DNA of 64,000 bases, filler included, from an uncultured Methanoregulaceae archaeon (GTDB taxonomy: Archaea; Halobacteriota; Methanomicrobia; Methanomicrobiales; Methanospirillaceae): NCBI GenBank assembly GCA_964530035.1. It is 8 parts of 8 records of this genome, joined end to end, with 100 filler letters (N's around TTAATTAATTAA, not from the genome) between each part and the next. Parts side by side here need not be neighbours in the genome. Positions count along the whole stretch, not along the records: positions 44,019 to 52,641 come from CAZGXZ010000112.1; positions 52,742 to 61,277 come from CAZGXZ010000113.1; positions 61,378 to 64,000 come from CAZGXZ010000219.1; 5 more parts are not named here. The stretch is one strand, 5' to 3'. Below, in pieces: positions 52,133 to 61,868 of this stretch. The translations under genes and the position numbers were made by a program. Positions within the stretch are counted from its first letter, which is position 1. Every line of letters starts with the position of its first letter. A model generated the notes under the pieces. That model was not told the origin of the DNA. It searched no databases and saw only the letters and a program-made list of their open reading frames with translations.

Positions 52133-52641
52133 TCAGGTGGTTTCATACCCGGCAGACAGGCATGCAGATTTCCATGAGTCTGACACCAGGAACCTAAGGA
52201 GAGTATTGAGTCTGGCATCTCCTCCGGGTAACGTATAGAGGAAGGTGACAATATCACCCAGTGGAGCAAAAGAAAGGCCGTGGGAAAGAGCAGCAGGCCG
52301 TGAAAGAGTCCCTGCAGGGTATAACCCTGATGCTATCGCGGTTGCTATGGCACCCTCATCTTTGAACTGGATGCATTTCCAGGACTTTTGGTTCCCCGGT
52401 TGGCTTTCCAGGTATTGTTCAAAGATCATCCGTGCATCTCCTGTACTGGTGACAGCGACCTCTCCCGGAGCCAGCCGTGGATCCTGTGCGTCTTTCCGGA
52501 AGGCAAGTCCATAGGGAATTCTGCAAATCATGACCTTATTAAGCCTGGTTTCACTGCGCGCAGCCTGATTGCTTTCATTCAGGAGGGCTGCGTGGGATGA
52601 TCCCCTGAACAGGGAAGCTATGGCGCCGTTGGCATCAGAAC
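52133..52641 (-). CDS. Divergent PBP-superfamily domain like the C-terminus of MoeA-PBP fusions (5'-partial)
   Basis: Open to the contig edge; GAIASLFRG.SHAA, AIA.AIASG, HGLSF.PL, terminal GY. Confidence 0.5.
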
Positions 52642-52741
52642 NNNNNNNNNNNNNNNNNNNNNNNNNNNNNNNNNNNNNNNNNNNNTTAATTAATTAANNN
52701 NNNNNNNNNNNNNNNNNNNNNNNNNNNNNNNNNNNNNNNNN
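52642..52741. other. Artificial contig linker
   Basis: N + TTAATTAATTAA + N. Confidence 0.98.
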
Positions 52742-52742
52742 C

Positions 52743-54074
52743 CACCTGGCAGGCCGGGGTCACTTCCTGTTCCTTGTCCCCCTCGTCGCCCTTGCGGTCC
52801 AGAAGTTTGAAAGGTTTACCGAGCGGTACGGAAAAATCGCGCCTGTCTCCATCATCATAGGAAAGGAACGCCTGCGTATCCCGGGAAACCGTCCCAGGGA
52901 AGGCAGGAATCCACGTGCCTCGATTATTGTCGGGACCTATGAAGGAGTCGACCATCTCATGAGAGTCGGGTCCTCCCTTCCTCCCATCGGGACGGTCGTG
53001 ATCGACGAAGTACAGATGCTCGAGGACCCTGAACGAGGGCACCGGATAGACGGACTCATCGCCAGGCTCCGCTATCTTTACCCTGAAGCGCAGTTCCTGT
53101 ACCTTTCTGCAACCATCGGGCTCCCGAAGACCCTTGCCAAAAAACTCGACTGTCAGCTGGTCAGCTGGGAGGACCGGCCGGTCAGTCTCGAACGATACCT
53201 CCTGTTCATGGAACGCAAGCAGAAGATCCCTACCATCCGGAAGCTGGTGAGGGAGGAGTATGCGAAGGTGTCGGAAAAAGGGTTCCATGGTCAGACTATC
53301 GTATTCACCCACTCCCGGGCCCGCTGCCATGTCATTGCGGAAGCTCTCGGCGATGGGACCGCCGCGTATCATGCAGGGCTTACTTCCGATGAGAGAAGGG
53401 GTATAGAGGAGAGGTTTGCCGGCGGAAAAATCATGGCTGTGATTACAACGGCAGCGCTGGGGGCCGGTGTTGACTTTCCCGCCTCGCAGGTGGTTTTCGA
53501 CTCGCTTGCCATGGGGATATCCTGGCTCTCCGTCGCAGAGTTCAACCAGATGGCGGGGCGCGCCGGCCGGCCTGATTTTCATGACCTTGGAAAGGTAATC
53601 ATCCTGGCCGAGCCCGGGGCGTCCTACATGAGGGGTTCTTCCCTGACCGAGGACGAGGTCGCGCTTCAGCTCCTGAAGGGCGACATGGGTGAAGTGGCAC
53701 CCGTCCACAACCTCGAACAGTCATCAGAGGAGTTCGTGGCAAATGCGGTGGTCGCAAAAGGAAGTGCCGCCGGTATTGATACCATCGAGAGGACGATGGT
53801 CGGAGAATCAGAGCCTGTAAAGGATATTCTTAAACAAAAAGGCCTTATTTCTGAGCAGAAAGGAAAAATTTTCATCACCGACATGGCCCGGGTGATGAGC
53901 GAGCACTTCATCGGTATCGAGCGATTGGAACTGATTATCCAGCTTATCAGGGAAAAAGAGAGTCCTGTCGCGATAGTTGCCGAACTTGACTGTATCACCG
54001 AGGAGGAGTCAGAGAAGGACCGGCCAAAGAGAAAAGACCACGAAAAACGCCGGGCTCACCGGAGAATGCCGTGA
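52743..54074 (+). CDS. Archaeal SF2 DEAD/DEAH-box helicase (5'-partial)
   Basis: FLVPLVALA, GTYEG, DEVQ, LSAT, YHAGL, QMAGRAGRP. Confidence 0.9.
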   Translation, partial: HLAGRGHFLFLVPLVALAVQKFERFTERYGKIAPVSIIIGKERLRIPGNRPREGRNPRASIIVGTYEGVDHLMRVGSSLPPIGTVVIDEVQMLEDPERGHRIDGLIARLRYLYPEAQFLYLSATIGLPKTLAKKLDCQLVSWEDRPVSLERYLLFMERKQKIPTIRKLVREEYAKVSEKGFHGQTIVFTHSRARCHVIAEALGDGTAAYHAGLTSDERRGIEERFAGGKIMAVITTAALGAGVDFPASQVVFDSLAMGISWLSVAEFNQMAGRAGRPDFHDLGKVIILAEPGASYMRGSSLTEDEVALQLLKGDMGEVAPVHNLEQSSEEFVANAVVAKGSAAGIDTIERTMVGESEPVKDILKQKGLISEQKGKIFITDMARVMSEHFIGIERLELIIQLIREKESPVAIVAELDCITEEESEKDRPKRKDHEKRRAHRRMP

Positions 54075-54151
54075 ATTGCCAGTTCCGGTAAGTATTAATA
54101 CGACTTTCACTTTCATTACACTATTAGGATTAACATCCGGGGTGATCCCCG

Positions 54152-54736
54152 ATGGGATGTCTCAAAGTTCATTGCACGTGGGTTATAATCGTCTGTCTTC
54201 TGGCAGGGATGGTTGTTCTTATACCGTCCGTTACGGCTGCCACGAATTATAGTGGCACAAAAGCATTCATTTTCCACCAGGGCGTGTTGGTGCCCACCAC
54301 TCCGAGCAGCAGTGCCGGCTCTTATATCAAAATAGGGACTGCTGTAGAGTCCGACACAGGGCAACAGGAACAGGGAGGTACCCTTGAAGTCAGCCAGGGT
54401 GGTATCAGGGGGGCCGCATCATCCGGAACTTCAACGAATACCACGAAAACCCAGGGCTATTCAAGGGAGATGATGGGTCTGCAGGTTTCGACATTCGATG
54501 GTTCATCTGGTCCGAAAACACTTGGATTCGCCGAGAATCCTGACGTTTCCTTTACAGACAACCCGGGGCAGGTACAAACGCTTTTTTCAAAAAGCAGTGA
54601 TTTCAAGGCGGCAACACCGGTCCTCCCGAAAAGCGGCGGTATTACTGAGAAAACAACGGTGTTTGGAAAGAAGGTGGCTACAGTGACCAATATCCGGGCT
54701 ACTCCTTCTCTGGATAAAACTCACCTTTTATCCTGA
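54152..54736 (+). CDS. Secreted Ser/Thr/Gly-rich hypothetical protein
   Basis: Signal-peptide-like N-terminus. Confidence 0.55.
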   Translation: MGCLKVHCTWVIIVCLLAGMVVLIPSVTAATNYSGTKAFIFHQGVLVPTTPSSSAGSYIKIGTAVESDTGQQEQGGTLEVSQGGIRGAASSGTSTNTTKTQGYSREMMGLQVSTFDGSSGPKTLGFAENPDVSFTDNPGQVQTLFSKSSDFKAATPVLPKSGGITEKTTVFGKKVATVTNIRATPSLDKTHLLS

Positions 54737-55561
54737 TACCAGGCAGACCCACCTGTCGTACACGGGGTCCCTGTCATTTTCCCACACGCGGGTTTTTTTC
54801 CCTGTTTCGGCAACCTTTCTGGCAACAAATTCTGCTTCTTTTTGTGTACCCGTGCTGATGAGGCCCTTTTCTGAAAGACGGGCCATGCTTGTGATAATGG
54901 GCCCCCAGATATCTTCGTTAAAGGATGTAATCTCTCCAAACATCAGCCCAACAGAAAAGTGGACAGGTTTCACGTAGGATGAGGCTATACGTGCATCGAT
55001 GCACAGGGTAGATGCCGGTTCGAGTCTTCGCGATGCAAAACCCCGTGAGAGCAGACCCGGGTCATTGTCGAGCGAGACCGGGGAAAAACCAAGGTTCCGG
55101 AGAGCAGCGGATGCAATTCCCGAGCCACAGCAGAAATCCAGGCATATCCCCTGCTCCAGGCTGTCACATACCTCCCTCAGCAGCTCGAGAACGCTTCTCG
55201 CCCGTTCAGGATTACAATCTTCGATAGACGGAGGAACATTTTCACGTATAAACGAGGAAAAGTACTCCCTTACCGCCGCCTCCCAGACCTCACGCGACTC
55301 CTGCCAGATCTCCCCGGACAACGATTCGAAACGCTCTATGACTGTGATATCGGGCCTTCTCAGGTGGAACGAGGCAGCGGTCCAGGCATTCATGCATCCG
55401 ATGGCAAGTGCAAGGGGGTTGTCTTCTTCATCGACGAGCAATCGCCCTTCCTCTCCTGCCAACCCGGTAATCACCTGGTTGTAACACATATCTGGCATCG
55501 AGGCATAATCCGGTTCGACAAAGGTCAGGGAGGGGACACCAAGAAGTTCATGAGCCTGCAT
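54728..55561 (-). CDS. Class I SAM-dependent methyltransferase-like protein
   Basis: LDFCCGSG motif I and SLDND; start placed at MQAHELLG. Confidence 0.7.
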   Translation of the reverse strand: MQAHELLGVPSLTFVEPDYASMPDMCYNQVITGLAGEEGRLLVDEEDNPLALAIGCMNAWTAASFHLRRPDITVIERFESLSGEIWQESREVWEAAVREYFSSFIRENVPPSIEDCNPERARSVLELLREVCDSLEQGICLDFCCGSGIASAALRNLGFSPVSLDNDPGLLSRGFASRRLEPASTLCIDARIASSYVKPVHFSVGLMFGEITSFNEDIWGPIITSMARLSEKGLISTGTQKEAEFVARKVAETGKKTRVWENDRDPVYDRWVCLVSG

Positions 55562-55571
55562 GGTCTCACCA

Positions 55572-56807
55572 TCAGGCCCCGAATTTTTTCGAGCGGTTGA
55601 CAAGGTCAAGGGCAATAGGGAGGAGAGAAGGGCCGCTGATCCTTGAGAGCCCGCCGGCAGCACAATCGACCTCGTCAAAGCGGGTGATCCTGTCCCTCCT
55701 CACACCTTCCCCGTGGATGAGCACGGGGACCGGGTCAGCACTGTGGTCCTTCACCGAACAGGGGGTACTATGGTCTCCGCATACGACCAGGATGGTGTCG
55801 TCAAGATCGCAAAGCCCTGCGAGCGCCGTATCGATGTGGTGTATAAAGTCGCGTTTCTGCTCCGGTTTCCCATCGTGGCCTGACTCGTCCGCGCCCTTGA
55901 TGTTCATCAGCACGAAGGGATAGGTCTCAAGGGCATTGGTCGCTGCCACGACCTTACCGTCAAGATTGGTGTTGACCGAGCCGGTAATGCCCCGGACCGG
56001 TATTGAGTCGAGGCCAACGACCCGCCCGATCCCGGTAATCAGGGAGGCTGCCGAGATTACGGCGCCCTTCATCCCGTACCGCTTATCAAACGGCTCCAGC
56101 CTTCCCATCTCACCTGCACCCCTGACAAGAATGATATTCGCCTGCTTTTCCCCGGCAGCAGCGCGTTCCAGGTTGAGTGGGTGAGTACTCAGGATCTCTC
56201 CGGACTGCCGTATGAACTCGGCCAGAGCACGAGAGGTCTTCATGGCTCCCGGACCTTCCTCCAATGGTCTGATCTCCAGGGGGGCTTTCCCCTCTGACTT
56301 CGGATCGTTCGATGATACACAGTGGGACAGCCCCTCTCCCCTGAAGGCAAGAGCGGCCCGGTGGCCGGCTCCTGACCTGAAGCTGACCTCTATCCCATAC
56401 TCTGAGAGATCGACACCTTTCTCAACAGCGTTGGACAACACCGCCGTGTCATGGATCCTTCCAGCACGACGATCAACAATCTTTCCTGATCCGTCAAGGG
56501 TAGCATAATTGGCTCGGAAACCGATCATCCCTGGCTCCATGTGGATCCCGGACCCCTCCGCTTCCAGAGGTCCCCTCCCGGTATAGTACGTATATGGGTC
56601 ATATCCAAGGAGGCTCAAATGTGCTGTATCCGAACCCGGCCTGATCCCGGGCGCAATGGTGTCCATAATCCCGCATACTCCGGTTGTTGCCAGCCTGTCG
56701 AGAACGGGTGTTTCAGCGGCCTGCAGGGGTGTCATGTCACCAAGTGAGGGGCAGGGCCGGTCGCCTATACCATCCAGTACGAGGAAAAGGATCCGATGAG
56801 CGGTCAT
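55572..56807 (-). CDS. apgM: 2,3-bisphosphoglycerate-independent phosphoglycerate mutase
   Basis: LDGIGDRP, PGSDTAHL, YTGRGPLEA, DESGHDG, GDHSTP...HS.DPVP. Confidence 0.94.
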   Translation of the reverse strand: MTAHRILFLVLDGIGDRPCPSLGDMTPLQAAETPVLDRLATTGVCGIMDTIAPGIRPGSDTAHLSLLGYDPYTYYTGRGPLEAEGSGIHMEPGMIGFRANYATLDGSGKIVDRRAGRIHDTAVLSNAVEKGVDLSEYGIEVSFRSGAGHRAALAFRGEGLSHCVSSNDPKSEGKAPLEIRPLEEGPGAMKTSRALAEFIRQSGEILSTHPLNLERAAAGEKQANIILVRGAGEMGRLEPFDKRYGMKGAVISAASLITGIGRVVGLDSIPVRGITGSVNTNLDGKVVAATNALETYPFVLMNIKGADESGHDGKPEQKRDFIHHIDTALAGLCDLDDTILVVCGDHSTPCSVKDHSADPVPVLIHGEGVRRDRITRFDEVDCAAGGLSRISGPSLLPIALDLVNRSKKFGA

Positions 56808-56994
56808 GAGAACAGGTATGGGCTTTACCTCCTTATTCCTGACGACGTGTGTCGTCATTTCTGCGCCCGTTCTTATGAGGGGCGTAACGGGGGTTATTCT
56901 GGGTCTCCTGTCCACGCTCTTTCCCATGGATGGGCAGGACTGTCCGGGGTATGAGAGAAGTCGGTACTGCGGATAAGTGCAATAAAAAAGAGTT

Positions 56995-57618
56995 TCAGGC
57001 AGCTGCAGCAGCAGCGGCGGCAGCGAGTGCCGGCCCTGTGACCTCGACCTTCGACTTGGTGATCTCAATCCTTCTTACCGGATAGATCATCTTGGCCTGC
57101 TTGAAGAGCTCCTTTGTGATGTCCCCGCTTAAAACACCGTTTAACAGGACATTGACATCTCCTGCCGGAAGCTGGGCAAGGATTGATCCGGTTACCAGTT
57201 TCCGGATTGCATGTTCCTGGCTTTCCTCTGCCCGTGACAGGGTAAAGACCGTTACCGTGACCATTACCCGCCTGCCATCCCGGGTTACATAGGGGATGTG
57301 GCAGTCGATCCGTGAAGTCCGGCGCTTGACCATGGAACGGAGATAGTCTCGGGATATCTCGTGACCTACGAACTCAGTGTATGCTGCGTCTCCGGCAACA
57401 CTGTTGATGCGCAGTCGTATCTTGACATGCTGCTTTCCGTAATCATTCACGACCTCCCCGAGGGTCGTCCCCATGACCCTGCCGACCACCTGATCCGGGG
57501 AGGCGGCAATCGTATCGCCAAGGTAGGTCTTCCCGAGCATGTCGGGGGCGTATACCTTGTACCAGCTCTTGGCCTTCCAGCCTTCTACTCGTCTTCCGAT
57601 CTGTTTTTTCTTTGCCAT
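56995..57618 (-). CDS. rps3ae: 30S ribosomal protein S3Ae (eS1)
   Basis: WKAKSWY, DYLRSMVKRRTSRID, IYPVRRIEITKS. Confidence 0.96.
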   Translation of the reverse strand: MAKKKQIGRRVEGWKAKSWYKVYAPDMLGKTYLGDTIAASPDQVVGRVMGTTLGEVVNDYGKQHVKIRLRINSVAGDAAYTEFVGHEISRDYLRSMVKRRTSRIDCHIPYVTRDGRRVMVTVTVFTLSRAEESQEHAIRKLVTGSILAQLPAGDVNVLLNGVLSGDITKELFKQAKMIYPVRRIEITKSKVEVTGPALAAAAAAAAA

Positions 57619-57643
57619 ATGATTTCACATCCTTTTGTAATGT

Positions 57644-59182
57644 TCAGAGGAACCTGAACACCTCGTTCTGCTCTCCTACGAGATTTGCAACTGATTTTGG
57701 CCAGTTCTCACGGTCAAGCCCCTTCTGGGCGAGGAAAGCGGCGGTCCACCGTTCGAGCCCTATCCCCGAACACCCCGACCAGCAGGTCTCCCCGCTCTGG
57801 ATCTTTACGTTGAACCCCGTGGGATACTTGTCACCATTTATACTGACGTTCTGGAACTCCAACCAGTTTCCGTTGTACGGGAGGATTGCTTCGTAATCGG
57901 TTGTGCCAATCCGTGCGCCACACCCGCACTCCCCTCCGGTCCCGGTCGTGTCAACCAGGCCTTCCTGGGCCATAAACCACGGTGTGACCCGGGCACAACG
58001 CCATTCCAGTTCGAGGAGGTCCTCGAAGACGCGGGTATACTTCTCGTGGAGCCGGTCGGCGATGTCGGTAGTCTGTTCCGGAGTACCCAGCCAGAGGACC
58101 TCTATCCGATGAAACTCATCAACCCGTTCAATCCCGTGAATACCCCCGCTTTCGTACCTATGGGACGTCCCGCTCCTGTCAAAGACCCTGGCGGGCAGGC
58201 AGTCGTTTGCAAGGGTCTCCCCCTGGAGGAATGGCCAGAATGACGGACACTGGGCATAACAGAGTCCTCCGATCGGGCCGTCAATCTTTTCCCGAATCAG
58301 GTCCACGGGCACCTCGCCCGTCACCTTGAAATAATCTCCGACCTCCTCCCAGTACTCCGGGTCCCTTGTCTTGGGGGTACAGACGTAGTAGATCTCCGGG
58401 TACACTCCTTTCGCATGTCCCGACTTTTTCCAGACCTCCCAGGGGACCAGTTTCGGGAAGATCATCTCGGTGAACCCGAGCGGACGGATGATCTCGTCCA
58501 TGACGATCTGTTCAAATGCCCGAAAGAGTCTGACTGACTGGGGACCATGGATCCACTGGCCGCGGGAGAGTGCGTGCTTTATCCAGTTCCGCTTCAGCAT
58601 CTCTTCTGTCGGGTCGCCTGAGAAATGGCGTGGTTTAGCCGCACTTTCAAAGACAAGGTCCCAGTGCTCTCCCTTGCCGCCGTACTGGCGTGCGACGATT
58701 TTTTCTTCGAGGAGCCTGATAATCCTGTCAGGAATCCGGTTTTCCAGGTCCACAGCCGTTACGGCCATGTCAAGGGTGACACAACCGGGCTCTACCCGTG
58801 AACCTGCGATAAAGGGTAACCTCGGTACTACCAGCCCCTCCGGGACATCACCCAGCAACTGGACCGAGAACCCTGAAATGGTAATGTTTCTGACTCCGAG
58901 CCGGGCCTTTCCAAGCGCCTGCGCAAGCTGTTTTCTAAGCCTGAACAGGGCGTCATGTGCCCGGGTATAGGGACCACTCAGGATCAGGACCGATATCGTG
59001 TTCTCCTTCACACTGTAATCTTTCACAAAGCCGATTTCATCCGGAGAAGCCCCCTTTGGGGCACCTTTTCTGAAATGAACGGTATTGCATTCATTGACTA
59101 CTGATGCCAGGGACTCGACCGCATCCGGGGAAAGCACCCCGCTCATCACGATGTCAGCTGTCAGTCTGAATCGAGGCTGCAT
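57644..59182 (-). CDS. serS: Methanogen-type (type 2, Zn-dependent) seryl-tRNA synthetase
   Basis: YAQCP, FDRSG.SHRYESGG.HGIERVDEFHRIE, LEFQN, WSGCSGIGLERW. Confidence 0.93.
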   Translation of the reverse strand: MQPRFRLTADIVMSGVLSPDAVESLASVVNECNTVHFRKGAPKGASPDEIGFVKDYSVKENTISVLILSGPYTRAHDALFRLRKQLAQALGKARLGVRNITISGFSVQLLGDVPEGLVVPRLPFIAGSRVEPGCVTLDMAVTAVDLENRIPDRIIRLLEEKIVARQYGGKGEHWDLVFESAAKPRHFSGDPTEEMLKRNWIKHALSRGQWIHGPQSVRLFRAFEQIVMDEIIRPLGFTEMIFPKLVPWEVWKKSGHAKGVYPEIYYVCTPKTRDPEYWEEVGDYFKVTGEVPVDLIREKIDGPIGGLCYAQCPSFWPFLQGETLANDCLPARVFDRSGTSHRYESGGIHGIERVDEFHRIEVLWLGTPEQTTDIADRLHEKYTRVFEDLLELEWRCARVTPWFMAQEGLVDTTGTGGECGCGARIGTTDYEAILPYNGNWLEFQNVSINGDKYPTGFNVKIQSGETCWSGCSGIGLERWTAAFLAQKGLDRENWPKSVANLVGEQNEVFRFL

Positions 59183-59385
59183 AGATCCTCCGCTACTGTG
59201 AGGTTGGTAAGGTAATCGTCCACCGAGGCAATGACCGAACGAATCCTGTCCGAAGTGATGGTCGTTACGACCTGGTCTCCATCGGCACGGGTTTTCATCG
59301 ACATGAGGTTATCAGGAGAGAGTGCACCGGCAACGGTTGACGGATCGCGGTGCCTGGTGATAATACGGCCTGTTATCCTGGTCAT
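59161..59385 (-). CDS. pcc1: KEOPS complex subunit Pcc1
   Basis: ALSPDN...RSVIASVDDYL.NL; lies in the rps15-DHH-pcc1 run. Confidence 0.85.
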   Translation of the reverse strand: MTRITGRIITRHRDPSTVAGALSPDNLMSMKTRADGDQVVTTITSDRIRSVIASVDDYLTNLTVAEDLCSLDSD

Positions 59386-60593
59386 ACCGTGACTGCCCCC
59401 CTGAACGCCTCGGCAAATCCATTCAGGCGGTCCGTCGGGATCGTGGCCCCCGCACGTGTCCGGTGTCCTCCACCATACCCCCCTGCCTCCCGTCCAAGTT
59501 TATCCATAAGTTCTCCAAGGTCTGCTGATGACTCAACGGGTGAACGGACTGATATTCGGCATGAACCATCACGACAGGCATATACCAGGATAGGTGCATC
59601 AGGTTTCCATGTTCCTGCTATTGCATCAGCAACATCAGATGCAACAGCCGGGTTTTCAACAGGAAATACCCCCTCTTCGCGCTCTTTAAGTGAAATGAGC
59701 GCCTGGACGACGTCTGTGCGGTGTTTCCGTGCCACTTCCCAGCCGGACTCGACTGATCCCATCTCCCTGAGACCTATCGTGAGGGCAAGTCCTCCATGCC
59801 CGGTCTTTCCACAGGCGTCCATTACCATGGCAAGGGAGGAGGCATCGGGTATTACCTCTCTCCCGAGACGGTAGGTATCACCGAAAAGGGTGAACATCGC
59901 CCGGGGGTGAAGTGAAGTGGCGTTTTCAAGGACAATAAGCGAGAGAAGGGTTGTAATGTCCTCTCCGTCAGAGCCCTGGGATTTTCCAAGGAGATCCTCG
60001 ATGGCCGGCTGGTTACCGCTCACGCCTGAAAGGAAGGGGTTTGTCGCGAGATACAGCCGTTCCAGGATATCACGCCCGGGAAGGAGCATGCCCCTGCCCG
60101 GCTCGATGACTCCGAGCGCCATGGCCTCGTGTATGATATCCCTGTTCGGACCGGCGAGGTGCTGGCCATCACCGATAATACCGCACAGCACAAGTCCTGC
60201 AAGGTCCCGGTTGTCTCCGAGGCCCTGTGCAACGAGGAACGCTGTCCCGGCTGCAGACAGCTCATGCTCCCCGTCAATCCCGAACAACCTGGGATTGACA
60301 TGGTTCACACCCTTGAAGTCGGGCTTATGGTGATCGATGACCATTACCCTTTCCGGCATGTCCGGGAGCGAGGCTCCCAGGTCTGTCAGGAGGATCGGAT
60401 CATCGGTCTTCAGGTCTTCGGTGGTGACGCGCTGCCGCACCCGTACCCGGAACCTGACCCCTGCACGGAACATTGCAGTGGCCATGATGGCCGCCGCGGC
60501 TATGCCGTCGGCATCGTGATGTGTATAAACTTCAACGAATCCGCATCGGGTGATCTCCCGGGCAAGGTCGGTACACGCGTCAGTGATTCCCAT
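59382..60593 (-). CDS. DHH/RecJ-like phosphoesterase
   Basis: HHDADGI, IDHH, VNP..FGIDG, GGGH..RAGA. Confidence 0.9.
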   Translation of the reverse strand: MGITDACTDLAREITRCGFVEVYTHHDADGIAAAAIMATAMFRAGVRFRVRVRQRVTTEDLKTDDPILLTDLGASLPDMPERVMVIDHHKPDFKGVNHVNPRLFGIDGEHELSAAGTAFLVAQGLGDNRDLAGLVLCGIIGDGQHLAGPNRDIIHEAMALGVIEPGRGMLLPGRDILERLYLATNPFLSGVSGNQPAIEDLLGKSQGSDGEDITTLLSLIVLENATSLHPRAMFTLFGDTYRLGREVIPDASSLAMVMDACGKTGHGGLALTIGLREMGSVESGWEVARKHRTDVVQALISLKEREEGVFPVENPAVASDVADAIAGTWKPDAPILVYACRDGSCRISVRSPVESSADLGELMDKLGREAGGYGGGHRTRAGATIPTDRLNGFAEAFRGAVTV

Positions 60594-60596
60594 GGA

Positions 60597-61055
60597 TTAC
60601 CTTGACAGCAGGATTTCAGCGGTCTCCGGTTTGTACGTCCAGCCCTTAGCCAGCCTGCCGCTCTTCACATAGTATTTGACGAGCCGTCGTACCTTTGACT
60701 CGGTCAGGTTGAGCTGCCGTTTGTTATGGACGTCCTTGGTGTTCTCGGCAAGGTGCCTGCGGAGCCGCAGCGCCTTTATGATCAGGTTTCTCAGGTCCTC
60801 GGGGATTTCGGCTATAATGCCTTTTTCCTTGAGAATCTCGTCTATCCGCTTTCCTGTAGCGAGCTTGACACTCGGGACTCCGTACTTGTCACGGAGTATA
60901 AGTCCTATCTTGGCGCTGGGTACGCCTTCCTTTCTCAGGTCGAGGATGACCTTTTCAATCGCAGCGGTATCAGTGTTCGACCATTCCGGCGCTTCCTTTC
61001 GAAACGGCCTGATGGATGCCGATAGACCCCGCGTCCGCGCATGTATTCGTGCCAT
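60597..61055 (-). CDS. rps15: 30S ribosomal protein S15 (uS15)
   Basis: MARIHAR.RG.S.S.RP, IPEDL.NLI, LTESKVRRLVKYY. Confidence 0.97.
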   Translation of the reverse strand: MARIHARTRGLSASIRPFRKEAPEWSNTDTAAIEKVILDLRKEGVPSAKIGLILRDKYGVPSVKLATGKRIDEILKEKGIIAEIPEDLRNLIIKALRLRRHLAENTKDVHNKRQLNLTESKVRRLVKYYVKSGRLAKGWTYKPETAEILLSR

Positions 61056-61082
61056 GGTTGCAATTTCACCTCCCAAAAGCAG

Positions 61083-61195
61083 GTAAATCCGAAAAAGAGC
61101 CCTATGTCTGGCTCTCCGTAATCCCATGAGCCCTGGGCGGGCAGTGCCGTCATGGACGGACACGTCGGATTTACAGCTGCCACACTCGTCCTGCT
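61083..61195 (-). ncRNA. Structured 5' leader of rps15 (S15-Methanomicrobia r-leader-like)
   Basis: GTAAATCCGA (61083-92) pairs with TCGGATTTAC (61165-74) and encloses hairpins GAGCC/GGCTC, GCCC/GGGC and CCGTC/GACGG. Confidence 0.72.
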
Positions 61196-61277
61196 AGCGG
61201 AGAGTGCTCAATATTAATAGATGAGAGCATTCTTAAGGGTATGCCCGTCAGTCCGGTTGCCCATACCGGTTGATCAG

Positions 61278-61377
61278 NNNNNNNNNNNNNNNNNNNNNNN
61301 NNNNNNNNNNNNNNNNNNNNNTTAATTAATTAANNNNNNNNNNNNNNNNNNNNNNNNNNNNNNNNNNNNNNNNNNNN
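61278..61377. other. Artificial contig linker
   Basis: N + TTAATTAATTAA + N. Confidence 0.98.
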
Positions 61378-61717
61378 GGCGGGTGACTGCACTGGACACG
61401 AGGCAGGAGAATGTTACGATGGATGCGAAGAGCGGGCCCCAGTTTACGTAGGTTCCGTAGGGAAAGAACGTCATCGGGTCGTAGGTCGGGTAAGCGGGAA
61501 ACCTGGGGAGCATGAGCTCGACCTGCCGCAGGAGGTAGAGGGAATCGCCTGTTTCGACATGACCCAGGAGCTCTCCCTGGACGGTGAAGACTGGCCAGAT
61601 CCTTAAAATCACAGCAAGGCACCCGAATAGGAAAAGAAACAGCACGGTCAGGGATGACCTGTGCTCGGCTAAGGAAGGGAGTGCCTTGAAAATGTGTCCT
61701 TCTGCCGGATTTCTCAT
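61378..61717 (-). CDS. aglB: Oligosaccharyltransferase AglB/STT3-like, N-terminus (3'-partial)
   Basis: TM ending LR, then D.LY.LRQVE...FP.Y..YDPMT.FP.G....WGPLF. Confidence 0.8.
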
Positions 61718-61868
61718 TCCACGATACTAGGTGGCGTTGCAGCCACTTCAAGGTGCGTATATCGTGGATTGGGAGGGACATGTGCGGGGAGGGGATAGTC
61801 GAAACCCTCTCGCAGTCAAGATAATGAGGTCCGCCCCGAAAGGTACCTGAAACACTGACGTGTGAACT

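Noticed and set aside
8751..61377. TTAATTAATTAA palindromes recurring every ~8.7 kb
   Set aside because: Each is embedded in N runs of constant 100-nt length, has stops in all six frames and separates contigs of decreasing size, so they are assembly linkers
60597..61717. Apparent linkage of the ribosomal operon to the aglB/lasso genes, and of thiL to the putative element
   Set aside because: The genes are separated by artificial linkers, so the adjacency has no meaning
61718..61868. Lasso precursor in the intergenic region
   Set aside because: The plus-strand ATG ORFs are very short (e.g. MRSAPKGT) and no frame shows a YxxPxL leader
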